Assembly (NCBI RefSeq): GCF_006345805.1
Contig: NC_043003.1
Coordinates: forward strand, 70,184,001-70,248,000
Reading direction: 5' to 3'
DNA length: 64,000 bases
Source: Octopus sinensis
Taxonomy: Eukaryota
The notes beneath the pieces were generated by a model that saw only the letters and a program-made list of their open reading frames with translations, made no database searches and had not been told where the DNA came from. Shown here one piece after another: positions 1 to 11,167 of the stretch (its first letter is position 1; every line of letters begins with the position of its first letter). The position numbers and the translations under genes are program-made.

Positions 1-17
1 TCAGCTCCAGCTATCCT

Positions 18-205
18 TTCTCTTTGCTCATATTCACGTTAAGCTCTTCTCAGCTCTCTCAGGCAGGCGTTTTATCATCGCTGTACTTTTGCAACATTTG
101 ATTCTCAGTTGACCTAGCTGTTGGTACATTTGCTCATCTTACATTGGTATTGTTCATCTATTCGACTCTCATAAGGGTCTGTCAGTGCGACCAAGATAAT
201 TCTGG
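18..205 (-). mobile_element. Decayed 3' end of an R2-superfamily (HERO/NeSL-like) non-LTR retrotransposon, REL endonuclease C-terminus
   Basis: Minus strand reads IILVALTDPYESRIDEQYQCKMSK and later AMIKRLPERAEKSLT*I*AKR, resembling the ELTVPWEE..K..KY and AERASxWLWxKR C-terminal motifs; both W positions are TGA. Confidence 0.6.
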
Positions 206-950
206 CCTCCGGTGCCCACCATTTATTTTCAAACACCATACGTCCATAAAATATAGTACCTCTGGATGAAAACTACCGTTAACTTGCCTTTCAATGGTTA
301 TATACATTGAGTATGATACGTAGATAGCTATTTTAATCTAATGCTACTTCTGTTTCTTATAACAGGAAGAACTCTATCTTTGACTATCAGCCTGTTTTGA
401 ATGTTTGGCAACCCAAAAACAGAAAATAATAACAAAATACCCGATGTACAAAACGGGTATGGATACGGGTAAAACACAAAGGATGAAAAACGAAAGATTA
501 TATGAAATGAAAATGGATTTGGTTGGTTTATATGGCAGCATTTCAAAAACTAAAGTTTATCGAAAAGTTTAAAATTTGGCACAATAATATACTTTTCCAA
601 GCTGAATTGCTGGAGTTATTTCACTTTTTCCAGAAAAATGTTTTTATAAAGTTATACAGGTTTAAAGTTTGATCCCTTTTCACCCAGTCAAAAAACAGGA
701 TTTGGAAGCTATCATTTTGTGCGTGACTGCGCATTTTGTTGTCAGCATCCTGAAAATAGCTTGTGTTGTCAATATTTGTAAACAACACGTGTTTTGTAGT
801 TTGAAGCATTCAATAGGCTTTCAATGCGACAGCACGAACTTAAAAAAGATTTATCTAAAATACGTTATTTAGCTGTTATTTTTAGCACACTTCAATGACA
901 AAAAGAAACGAGTAAACAAGTAGTTTTAAGCATTCAATATGCATTTAACT

Positions 951-1274
951 TGGAGGCACAATGGCCCAGTGGTTAGAGCAGCTGACTCGCAGTCGTAGGA
1001 TTACGGTTTCGATTCCCAGACAGAGCGCTGTGAGTGTTTATTGACCGAAAACATCTAAGGCTCCGGCAGGGGGGTGGGGTGGGGTGGCGAACCCTGCTGT
1101 ACTCTTTCTCTCACTCTTTCTTTCTGTTTCTGTTACGCTGAATCTCCCGAGAACTGCGTTAAGGGTACACGTGTCTGTGGAGTGCTCAGTCACTTGCACG
1201 TTAATTTCACGAGCAGGCTGTTCCGTTGATCGGATCAACTGGAACCCTCATCATCGTAACCGACGGAGTGCCAC
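951..1274 (+). mobile_element. tRNA-derived SINE, Arg-like (OR-type) head, tail type 1
   Basis: TGGCCCAGTGGTTAGAGCAGC (A box) and GGTTTCGATTCC (B box); ends GGAACCCTCATCATCGTAACCGACGGAGTGCC; sister copy at 15068-15452. Confidence 0.85.
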
Positions 1275-1446
1275 GAATACATTTAATGCAAATGCGATAA
1301 ACACATTAAAATTTTTCAAAGTGTAGTCCACATCACGAGCAGTTGTTCCTATGAGGCAGCGGACATTTTCCAATGCAGTCCATAGAAAGGACAGAGTTGA
1401 AGATCAAATTGTAAGAAGTTGTGTAGAGGAGATGCACAGACATGTA

Positions 1447-1617
1447 GGCGCAGGAGTGGCTGTGTGGTAAGTAGCTTGCTTACCAACCACATGGTTCCGG
1501 GTTCAGTCCCACTGCGTGGCACCTTGGGCAAGTGTCTTCTACTATAGCCTCAGGTCGACCAAAGCCTTGTGAGTGGATTTGGTAGACGGAAACAGTAAGA
1601 AGCCCGTCGTATATATG

Positions 1618-1691
<74 letters not shown>

Positions 1692-1918
1692 CGTGTATGT
1701 TTGTGTGTCTGTGTTTGTCCCCCTAGCATTGCTTGACAACCGATGCTGGTGTGTTTATGTCCCCGTCACTTAGCGGTTAGGCAAAAGAGACCGATAGAAT
1801 AAGTACTGGGCTTCCAAAAGAATAAGTCCCGGGATCAAGTTGTTCGATTAAAGGCGGTGCTCCAACATGGCCGCAGTCAAATGACTGAAACAAGTAAAAG
1901 AGTAAAAGAGTAAAAGAG
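1447..1918 (+). mobile_element. SINE family A (tRNA head, CORE-like CCTTGGGCAAGT segment, internal microsatellite, 3' tail)
   Basis: GGAGTGGCTGTGTGGTAAG...GGTTCAGTCCC head, internal (TA)n(TG)n, tail GCAGTCAAATGACTGAAAC(AGTAAAAG)n; many homologous copies in the window. Confidence 0.9.
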
Positions 1919-2233
1919 ACATTATTTTAAAGAATGTAGGTTGAACGGATTCGTAAAAACCTCGGTGGAATCTAGACATACTTGGTTGTAGAGCTAATTA
2001 CTTCCATACTAGTCTGGAGAAGCTGGCGAGTTACACAAAACCAAGAAAGATACGGCTAATTAAGAAAGTACAATTTCAAGTAATTAATTATTTTTTTTTA
2101 TCTGTCATTCGCAGCGAGTATGCATAAAGTGTCTATGCTGTCGTAGAGAAGGAAGTGGAGAGAGAGACAGTTGCACACGCACTTATCTATCTCTCTATCT
2201 ATCTGTCCTCCCTCTCTCTCTGTCTCACTGTCG

Positions 2234-2267
<34 letters not shown>

Positions 2268-2541
2268 TATCTACGAAGACGAGCCAACGAAACTTGCATG
2301 GGGGGGGGGGCGTATACCAATTACATCGACATACACACCCACACATATACACGCATTAATTGGAACTCGTTAATAAATCACCAGAAACGTCCTGACCCCA
2401 AACAAAGAAGCCTTGGTATTTAGTGAATGGCCTAAATTTTGTTAAGAAATAAAATAAATCTTAAAACACACACACACGCGCATATATAGATAGTGAGATG
2501 CTTAGATAAATACATACCTATACAGACACACATATACATAT

Positions 2542-3494
2542 TTTTTAAATACAGGATAATTCACATTGACATATAACGGTTTATTTTTTATTTCGTTACA
2601 ATTTTGGTTTAAAGATTTTCGATAATATTGCCACTGTTTTCTGTGAAGATATAAGTCCGAAAAAAAATTCCTGTCGTGTTTCAAGATGAGAAAGAAACAA
2701 ACTCTTCTTTGGTCTTGATTGATAAATTTAGTCAAGATAATATTGTTCCTCATTATCTTTATATATAAAACTGTAGTTGTGTGAGTCTCTGTCCCCTTCG
2801 ATTTAGATTCCTAACTACTCCCACATTTTGCAGTGCAGTTTAACCAAATCCGGGTATCTTATAGTCGTGATTCATATCGTGCCCGTCTGGCTATTAGCGC
2901 GCGTCTACGATGAGTCTACGATTTTAAAAATAATTTAACATCATTTTTTTCCATTTTAACGCATATTTTTTCGTGTGTCGATGGCGGCGGAGTTGGCGTC
3001 CATGGTCACACCTGCACCTGTGTTGCTTCTCCCCCTTCTTCCCTCCCTCGTGAAGCTGTGGGGAAGGGAGTGTAAGGAAATCAACGTCGTAAAGCGTCGT
3101 CAAGGAGACCAGCGTTCTTTTAGAACAACGACTTCATGGCTTGAAGACACTGAGTCAACGATTTAAAAAAAAAATTAACATTATTTTTTATTCCATTTTT
3201 AATGCATTTTTTTGCTATAACTCTCTAAAAATGCTTATATAGTTATTTCCCTTACAAACCCGAGCAACGCCGGGCGATACTGCTAGTTTATAAATACAGG
3301 ATAATTCACATTGACATATAACGGTTCATTTTTATTTCGTTACAATTTTGGTTTAAATATTTTCGATAATATTGCCACTGTTTTCTGTGAAGATATAAGT
3401 TCGAAAAAAAAATTCCTGTCGTGTTTCAGGATGAGAAAGAAACAAACTCTTCTTTGGTCTTGATTGATAAATTTAGTCAAGATAATATTGTTCC
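2542..3494. repeat. Direct duplication of about 210 bp (2542-2755 and 3287-3494) flanking the Helitron
   Basis: AAATACAGGATAATTCAC...GATAATATTGTTCC occurs twice with about 5 differences. Confidence 0.95.
2756..3286 (+). mobile_element. Non-autonomous Helitron
   Basis: 5' TC start after A (A|TCTTTATATATAAAA), subterminal hairpin CCCGAGCAACGCCGGG (3259-3274), 3' CTAG followed by T; internal repeat at about 2918-2970 and 3158-3212. Confidence 0.75.
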
Positions 3495-3649
3495 GTATAG
3501 AAGCCATCTTATCATGGCTAACCACATAGGAGAGGGGGTGTTACTGTAGCTTTATAGCCCCAAGAGATCGTCGTCTCTAGCTGGCTTTAGACACCATATC
3601 AGTGCCCTTGAAGTATTTGCAAAGGAGGCCATCCCTTCCTCGCAACAGA
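3495..3649. mobile_element. 155-bp insertion with 11-bp target-site duplication, probably a truncated retroposon
   Basis: AATATTGTTCC at 3484-3494 and 3650-3660; the first copy of the duplicated segment (2740-2755) shows the empty site. Confidence 0.7.
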
Positions 3650-3989
3650 AATATTGTTCCTCATTATTGATAATATAATCCTGTCTATTCGGCAAATTGT
3701 TTATCCCGCAGGCGTAAAAATTCCTCAGATTTCGAAGTAAATAAACCTTCAATATTATTTTATACCGATGAAGATGCATATGTAAAAATTAAACACACGC
3801 ACAAACACCTAAATATTAAAGAATTATGTTCATACAGAACATAAGTGCCGGTACACACACCAACTCGACCACAGACCTACAGACCCCGGGAAATGTCTTA
3901 TCTCACTCAATAAGTCACTTTGTTAGCGATCAGGCTAAAGTTTATAAAGAAAAACTTAAATAAATCTCAATGAAAATACACACCCACAC

Positions 3990-5165
3990 GAGTTTTATAT
4001 CGAAAGTAGGGCAAAAGTGGGCACATTTTTATTAATTAACAATCATCATTAAAATTAGACATGTTGGACAAGATAACTCTTTCTCTATACAAAGGTATCT
4101 TTCAACGTAGTCTTCAGTACATTTGATGAACTTACAGCCTCATTGAACCCATCTCCCGAATCTTCTTTGAAAAAATTAAGTGTGAACTGTTGAATCCATT
4201 TCTTCACAACCAAGTGCACTTAGTAGTAGGGGCGAACTGAAAGTATTAAGGGCCCTCGAATGTGTGTTTTAGTAGAGTTAACCGATTGACCGACAGCGTT
4301 TGATGCGAATTGCTGGTTTCGGTTTATTTGCTAGAATTTCGCTGTGACCTACACTGGTGACTGTAGACATCCTTAGCCCCTTTTGCAGCCCCACAAAATA
4401 ATGGTTAGCATCACTTTTCCTGCGGAAGTTTGGGTCACTTCTTTCTCGCTGGCGATTCCGATTTTTATTCCATACTTTTCATTTTGTATTCTGGTTCAAA
4501 GTGATAGATCCAGGTCTCTTCTGTGGCTATTTTCTAAAAAAACAAAAAAACAAAAAAACAAAAAAAACAAACAAACAAACAAACAAAACAAAAAACACTT
4601 GGTCTTTATCGTTGTAGCTTTCGAGTAAGCGTTGACAGATCGTCGCACGATTTCCCTTATGCGCTTCCGTAATCTCTCTTGGCATCCATCACGCACAGAC
4701 TTTACGGAAGCGAAGCTCGTCGTGGATACTTTCGTATACAGAACCATGTATGTCTAATTTGCAGAAAACATGCAACCTCATCGATGGTCACTCGCTGGTT
4801 CGCCCAAACCATCTCTCCATCTTGTTCAATCTTCATGTCAGTGATGGAGGGTAAAGGGCATTCTGCGCCCTCTTCTGTTTCACGCTTGTCCGACCATTTT
4901 TTCAAACTTCTTAGTCTATTCATATACACTTCTATGCGGTAGAGCGCTGTTCCCGTATGTACTGAAAGTCCTCGATAAATTTTAGCCCCAGACACATCTT
5001 TAGACCAGAGAAATCGGATCATTGATCTCTGTTCTACCTTGGTGCACAAAAATGGAAAGTGGAGCAAAACTCCGATTACGTTAGATCACGACCGCTGAAG
5101 GCAGTGGAGCTAACCTAAAGACAGTTTTAGCTAAAATACGGAAAATGTTTGACTTCCTCTCGCAC
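3990..5165 (-). mobile_element. Decayed mariner transposon (transposase pseudogene)
   Basis: ORF 4702-5067 EQRSMIRFLWSKDVSGAKIY...QRVTIDEVACFLQI (HTH region); downstream ATEETWIYHFEPEYKMKSME and SAGKVMLT motifs; C-terminal TEDYVER* near 4100; a T/TTTG tract interrupts at about 4533-4575. Confidence 0.8.
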
Positions 5166-6058
5166 ATACATACACACACACGCACCCATCCATCCATCCA
5201 TCCATCCACAGAGGCAGTCTGCTCTTGTTTAACGCTTGACTAATTCTTGTTAGATATGTTTTCTCCGTGCATGAGCACTTAAGTGGGTTTGGAGTCCCGA
5301 AAGCTGTTTGAAATTTGCATAAAGAAACAGTGCAAATTTGTCTCACCTCAAGTGGCCAAGTATCGTATGTCGTCTGATTTATAGATATCTAAACGCCTTT
5401 TTAAAAAAAAGACGGAACTTACATATTTTATGACAAATATGGAACATGAACTCGTCCGATGGAATGATATTTGTGGCACTTGGGCCATCTGCATGAAGAT
5501 CAGTTCTGATATGTGAAGATAAGCCAATATTGGAATCTTACTACACGTTGAACAACAGAAAGATGATATTATTTCTGTATTTAGCAAGGTATTATTTTCC
5601 TGTTTTTGTCTTTATTTTTGTATAGTTTTGTTTCTTTCTTTAAAACCATTTACCCCAGACCTTATCTTATTATCGGAAGTAATAGATTCAACATCTTTGT
5701 ATGAAACATTCAACTTCCCAAGACTAGCTTTTAACGAAGATTTATACGGTTGGCTTTGATTTACAGTGTTTTCGCTTCCCAGCAGAATAGCTCACCATTA
5801 AAAAACCTACTTAGGGATGCGCTCGTCCTCTGTCCGTGCTAAATGGCTAGCTAACCTCCGATGACTGAAATTTAGTATAGCATGAATTGATGTGCTACCC
5901 GCGCTCTCTAAAACTTCTCCATTTGGTGTAAACAATTCCAAGCTAATCCTGAGAATTTGATGAAGACAATTTTGCTGAAGAAGTGTCTTCTAAGAATTTT
6001 ATGTGTTGGTTGTAAACAGTCCATGTTTCTTCCAGTTAAAAAAGAAGGAAGCTTAGTA

Positions 6059-6624
6059 TTGGGTTGTCCGGAAAGTTCGAGCCGATTTATAGTAGCTTAC
6101 CTTTCGACTTGTTTTAGAACATGGTTGAGTCCATAAAATAAGATTTGACTACACCTCCATTTAGAGCACAGTTTAAGCTATCTTTTCGTGGAAGAAGGTT
6201 TATGTTCTTATAACCTGTGTTAATTCTGTAACCCTTTAAAATGGAAGATAAGCAAGTTCCTTTTCGGCACTTGATGCTTTGGGAACCAGACAAAAATTGC
6301 TACAGCTCGGCTGGGATGTGTTACCCCACCCTCCATATTCACCAGATATTGCTCCTTCGGATTTCCACTTATCCAGGTCTCTGCAGAATAGTCTTAATGG
6401 TAAAAATTTCAATTCCTTGGATGACGTAAAAAGATACCTCGATGAATTCTTTGCCATGAAACCACATCGATTCTGGGAAGAGGGTATATTCAAGTTAAAG
6501 GAAAGATGGAGACGCATTGTGCAAGAAACTGGTCCATATTTGGTTGATTAAAAATGTAATGGCAAGTATTTATTGACCTTTTTCCTTCCTTTAAATATCG
6601 GCACGAACTTTCCTGACAACCCAA
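6059..6624 (+). mobile_element. Internally deleted mariner element with both TIRs and TA target-site duplication
   Basis: TIR TTGGGTTGTCCGGAAAGTTCGAGCCGAT versus ATCGGCACGAACTTTCCTGACAACCCAA, TA at 6057-58 and 6625-26; N-terminal MEDKQVPFRHLMLWE fused to C-terminal GTRQKLLQLGWDVLPHPPYSPDIAPSDFHL...RWRRIVQETGPYLVD. Confidence 0.92.
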
Positions 6625-6673
6625 TACATATGCACAATAAACCAAATGAAAAAAAACCAAAAAAACTTGCAGA

Positions 6674-6789
6674 GGCGCCAGCGTAGCTGTGTTTGCTTCC
6701 CAACCACATGGTGCCAGGTTCAATCCCTTCCGGCCGCACCAAAGCCTTGTGAGTGGGTTTGGTAGATGGAGACTGAAAGAAGCCTATCG

Positions 6790-6821
<32 letters not shown>

Positions 6822-7058
6822 TGTATGTATGTATGTATGTGTATGTGTATGTGTATCTTTGTGCCTGTGTATGTCCTCCACCACCGCTTGACAACCGGTG
6901 TTGGTGTACTGACGTTCCCGTAACTTAGAGCTTCGGCAAAAGAGAGCGATAGAGTAAGTACCAGGCTCAAAGGAATAAATACTGGGATCGATTCGTTGGA
7001 CAAAAATTCAAAGCGGTGCCCCAGCATGGCCGCAGTCTAATGACTGAAACACATGAAA
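6674..7058 (+). mobile_element. SINE family A with internal (TATG)n
   Basis: Homologous to 1447-1918; head partly deleted. Confidence 0.85.
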
Positions 7059-7489
7059 AAACCTCCCAAAACACAAACAAGATACATGCATGCATACATA
7101 CATTCATACATGCATACATACATACATACATACATACATACATACATACATACATACATACACATACGTCAGAAACTGCATAGATACATGTATCCGTATC
7201 TATGTGCTATTATCTAAATTCCTTTTACGAATTGATTCACTTTCGAAAACGAAAATCAGAAACTAGAACCAGATATACCTGCGTGTATGTCTCTATACAT
7301 ACAAATTAATCAAAGACACACACACACCAGGTGGAATGTATTCTGATTACAGGAGTGCAAATACATCGCAACATACACCCACGTGTTGTAAGATAAATGA
7401 GCAACGTGGTTCGTTGGAGAGATTAAGCAGGTAAAGGAGGAGAGTGGAATAGAAGAAAGGTAAATGGAATAAAGAGAGGTAAAATATAA

Positions 7490-7650
7490 TGGAAAGTAGT
7501 GGCGTGCAAAGATGTTTGAAGAAGTTTAATTTTCTGTAATAGATTTCTGTATATAAAAGGTTTAAAGGTTCATGGATGCAAGAGAATGAGGATGTATAAA
7601 AGGTTTATGGATATAGAAGAAGATATAAAAGTATATAAGTAGGTAAATAA
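7490..7650 (-). repeat. Unclassified repeat, inverted partner of 9617-9773
   Basis: Reverse complement aligns at about 80% with 9617-9773 (CATGAACCTTTAAACC..TATAT.CAGAAATCTATTACAGAAA). Confidence 0.8.
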
Positions 7651-7675
7651 GTAAACAGATAAAAGGGTAGATCGA

Positions 7676-8020
<345 letters not shown>

Positions 8021-9148
8021 GTTTCTTTATTAGTCACACAGAGTCGACCACAAAGGGGACAAAATACAATGTAGTGCTTTTCTTTACGAAAAAAAAAAAA
8101 AGGAGAAAAATATAATTCCGATCAAAAGGGATCGTGTATCACTGAAAATATCATAAATGTAAAAAACAGATTAGGTTTATCTGTGGAAAGAAAATCCTAC
8201 GGAAAAGGCCACGTAACCCAGGCACGGATAGAAAAGATACACGTGAACAAAGTGCTCTCTCACTTTTTTTTCGATTTACAAGATCATGCTCAAAGTGGTT
8301 TCGTCATTCGCGCGTACCATCTTTGCTACGTTCACCCACCTTTTACTGAAACTTTCACAAGACAAAATCTGCCTCTCCATTCTCACCTTCCTTGAAAAAG
8401 TTGATGAGCGATTGGCCAGAGAGGAAAGCGTTTGTCTCTAAACCTTTCGATCGAGTCCACCACACACATTCTTTCACCATGTCTACCTGTACGATGAACA
8501 CTGCCTTGCCTTCCCGGTTAAGGGAAGGTGGCGGAGCAATTTTCACGATAGACTCGGTCGAAAAGCGGACTCGTTCCACACGTGATAGCAGCCGAGTGCG
8601 TGCAGAACTGTTTCGTCGCTCTGACCGCATTTCGGGCAAGTTGGTCCAGTGTGTCTCGAACCGTGCCTGTTGAGCTTATCCCGAACGGGCAATGCTTCTC
8701 GATAGCACTGCCAAGCCAGGGATCTCTGGTGGTGGTCTATAGGTCCCGGCTAGAAAGTTGTACTGAACAGGCGGGTCAGGTGTTCCTCGTCGACGCCCAG
8801 ATTCTGCCCGAGAACGTCGTTGCACCTCCCCTCCACTGATCCTCTATAGAATGCCTTTGTGGAATTGAAGTCGCACAAGCTTGGTCCCGGACAGCAGAGT
8901 TGCTTGAGAGCAAGGCGGCACTCGCGGTACTATTCGCCTAGCCTCGGCCTCTGCTTGACCCACGATTACAGTTCGGTCAAAGAGACGAGCTGAAGGAAAG
9001 CGCGCCGCACAAACGGCGACCACACCTGTTCACTGTCGTCTATGAAGCACCGGAGATGTCGCAGTCTCAGCGCATGTCTGTGCATTTGGAGGTCCAAACC
9101 GAACCAGACTCCGAGTAATTTAACAGGTCCGTCGATCCAGCGTCCCAA
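8021..9148 (-). mobile_element. L1/Tx1-clade LINE 3' fragment embedded in (GATA)n
   Basis: Minus frames: GPVKLLGVWFG (RT thumb), zinc knuckle CPKCGQSDETVLHAL, KECVWWTRSKGLETNAFLSGQSLINFFK C-terminus; 3' end AATAAAGAAAC joined to (TATC)n; internal deletion near 9070. Confidence 0.85.
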
Positions 9149-9294
9149 GATAGATAAATGAATGGAAAGATAGACAGATAGATAAATAGATAGATAGATA
9201 TATAGATAGACAGATAGATAATAGATAGATAGATAGATATATAGATAGATAAATGAATGGACAAATAGACAGACAGATAGATAGATAGATAGAT

Positions 9295-9337
<43 letters not shown>

Positions 9338-9550
9338 CAAATGAATGGACAGATAGATAAATAGATAGACAGATAAACGAATGAACAGATAGATAGATAG
9401 GTAAACAGATAGATAAATGAATGGACAGATAGATAGATGTGTGGATAGATATATATTTGTTTAGATAGATAGACATAAATAGAGATAGATAGATAGACAT
9501 AGAAATAGATAGACATAGACAGAAAGAGATAGATAGACATAGATAGATCG
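9149..9550. repeat. Degenerate (GATA)n microsatellite
   Basis: Direct reading. Confidence 0.95.
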
Positions 9551-9569
9551 ATTGAGAGTTCACACTTCA

Positions 9570-10025
9570 TGTGGCGTGTGACCTGTAGAGAGTCTTTTTG
9601 TTGTCTACAAGTCACATTATTTATCTCCCTCTATACTTTCATATCATCTTCTATATCCATAAACCTTTTACATTGCAACCATTTCTCCAGCATTCATGAA
9701 CCTTTAAACCGTTTATATGCAGAAATCTATTACAGAAATTTAGACCTCCTCAGACATCTTCGCGCTCTACTTCTTTTTACTGTAGTTTATCTTGTTCTAG
9801 TTTGGTTCCTTAATCTTTCTTACGGCGTTGCTCTGTTATCTTACTATAATTTAACCTGGTTGCCTGAGATATACCAACACATTATACTCACATATATCTA
9901 CGTATTAAATGGAACTTACACATTTACGAAGCTCTAGAAATATCTTTGTATAAACAAAGAAGCTATCGTATTTAATGACTGGCTCAAATTCTTCTAAGAG
10001 GTTAAGAATTCTAAAAGAAAACATA
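9570..10025 (+). repeat. Unclassified interspersed repeat starting at (GATA)n; contains the segment homologous to 7490-7650 and the AAACAAAGAAGC module
   Basis: Homology to 7490-7650 (inverted) and to modules at 2401, 28465 and 38001. Confidence 0.55.
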
Positions 10026-10702
10026 TGCATACCTATGTTCATACACGCATGTATGGACTTAGACATACATACAAGAGTACAAGTGTTTGCATTCATGTAT
10101 ACGAGCTTCAAATATGTACATGCACGAATGTATATGCATGAAAATGCATACATGCCTTGTCTTAAAGACAATATATTTGAGATTAGCATCGAGTTTTGGA
10201 CTTGGTAAATAATCAGTGCTTGTTCTGCGACACACACACACACACGCAAACATGAAAAATAAATTCAATGTTGTTAGTCCAGAGTTCATAATGACTACAC
10301 TGTAGAAAAGAAAGATCAACACATCGCTGTTTTCCTGATACACAAATAAATAAGGAGATTATCCTCACACGCTTCATAGATACTTGACCTCTCCTTCCAT
10401 ATCAGCTAGCTTCTGGTTGCTATCTGATTTAAATACAATTAAAATGCCATTTTCGGGGGCAAGGAAGCATTAAAAGTGTCATTTAAATAAAACACTATCT
10501 ATATATGTATTCGCGCGCACGTGCGTGCGTTTTATTACGAATATATGACACACACACACACACACACACATACACACACACACACACACACATACACACA
10601 CACACACTCACATACACACACACACATATATATATATGTGTGTGTGTGTGTGTGTATGTGTGTGTGTGTGTGACTGTGTTATCATATATTTGCTAATATA
10701 TA

Positions 10703-11095
10703 CCCTCCATCAGACACCTACCATATTCTGAGCGTCTTGTTTCCCTGGGCATGGATTCACTGAAGCTCCGGCGTTTGGCGACGGACTTGGTAAACGCCCA
10801 CAAAGTTGTCAACCACCTCACCAATAACAACACGGAACACCTTTTTGATTTCCATGTGTCTAACACACGTGGACATGCCTACAAAGTCAGAAAACAACAT
10901 AGCTCCCATGACTTTCGGAAACATTTCTTCACGCTCAGAGTTGCTGAAGCATGGAATAAACTGCCTGCGTCAGTTGTTGACTGCCATGACACTGCATCCT
11001 TTAAGACCCTCATGCTTTCCGAAATCCGTCGAAACTACACCTGATTATATATGCACTTAGATGAGTTGTAGTGCACCTGAGCACTGTACACAATG

Positions 11096-11128
<33 letters not shown>

Positions 11129-11133
11129 TATTA

Positions 11134-11164
<31 letters not shown>
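10703..11164 (+). mobile_element. CR1/L2-group LINE 3' end with (ATT)n tail
   Basis: YSERLVSLGMDSLKLRRLATDL..HK..TRGHAYK..RKHFFTLRVAEAWNKLP, the typical CR1-group ORF2 C-terminus; short 3' UTR then (ATT)n. Confidence 0.88.

Positions 11165-11167
<3 letters not shown>

Noticed and set aside
5420-5575. Possible minus-strand exon (TACAG acceptor, GTAAGT donor, one open frame)
   Set aside because: Peptide IISSFCCSTCSKIPILAY... is unrecognisable and no partner exon was found; needs RNA-seq.
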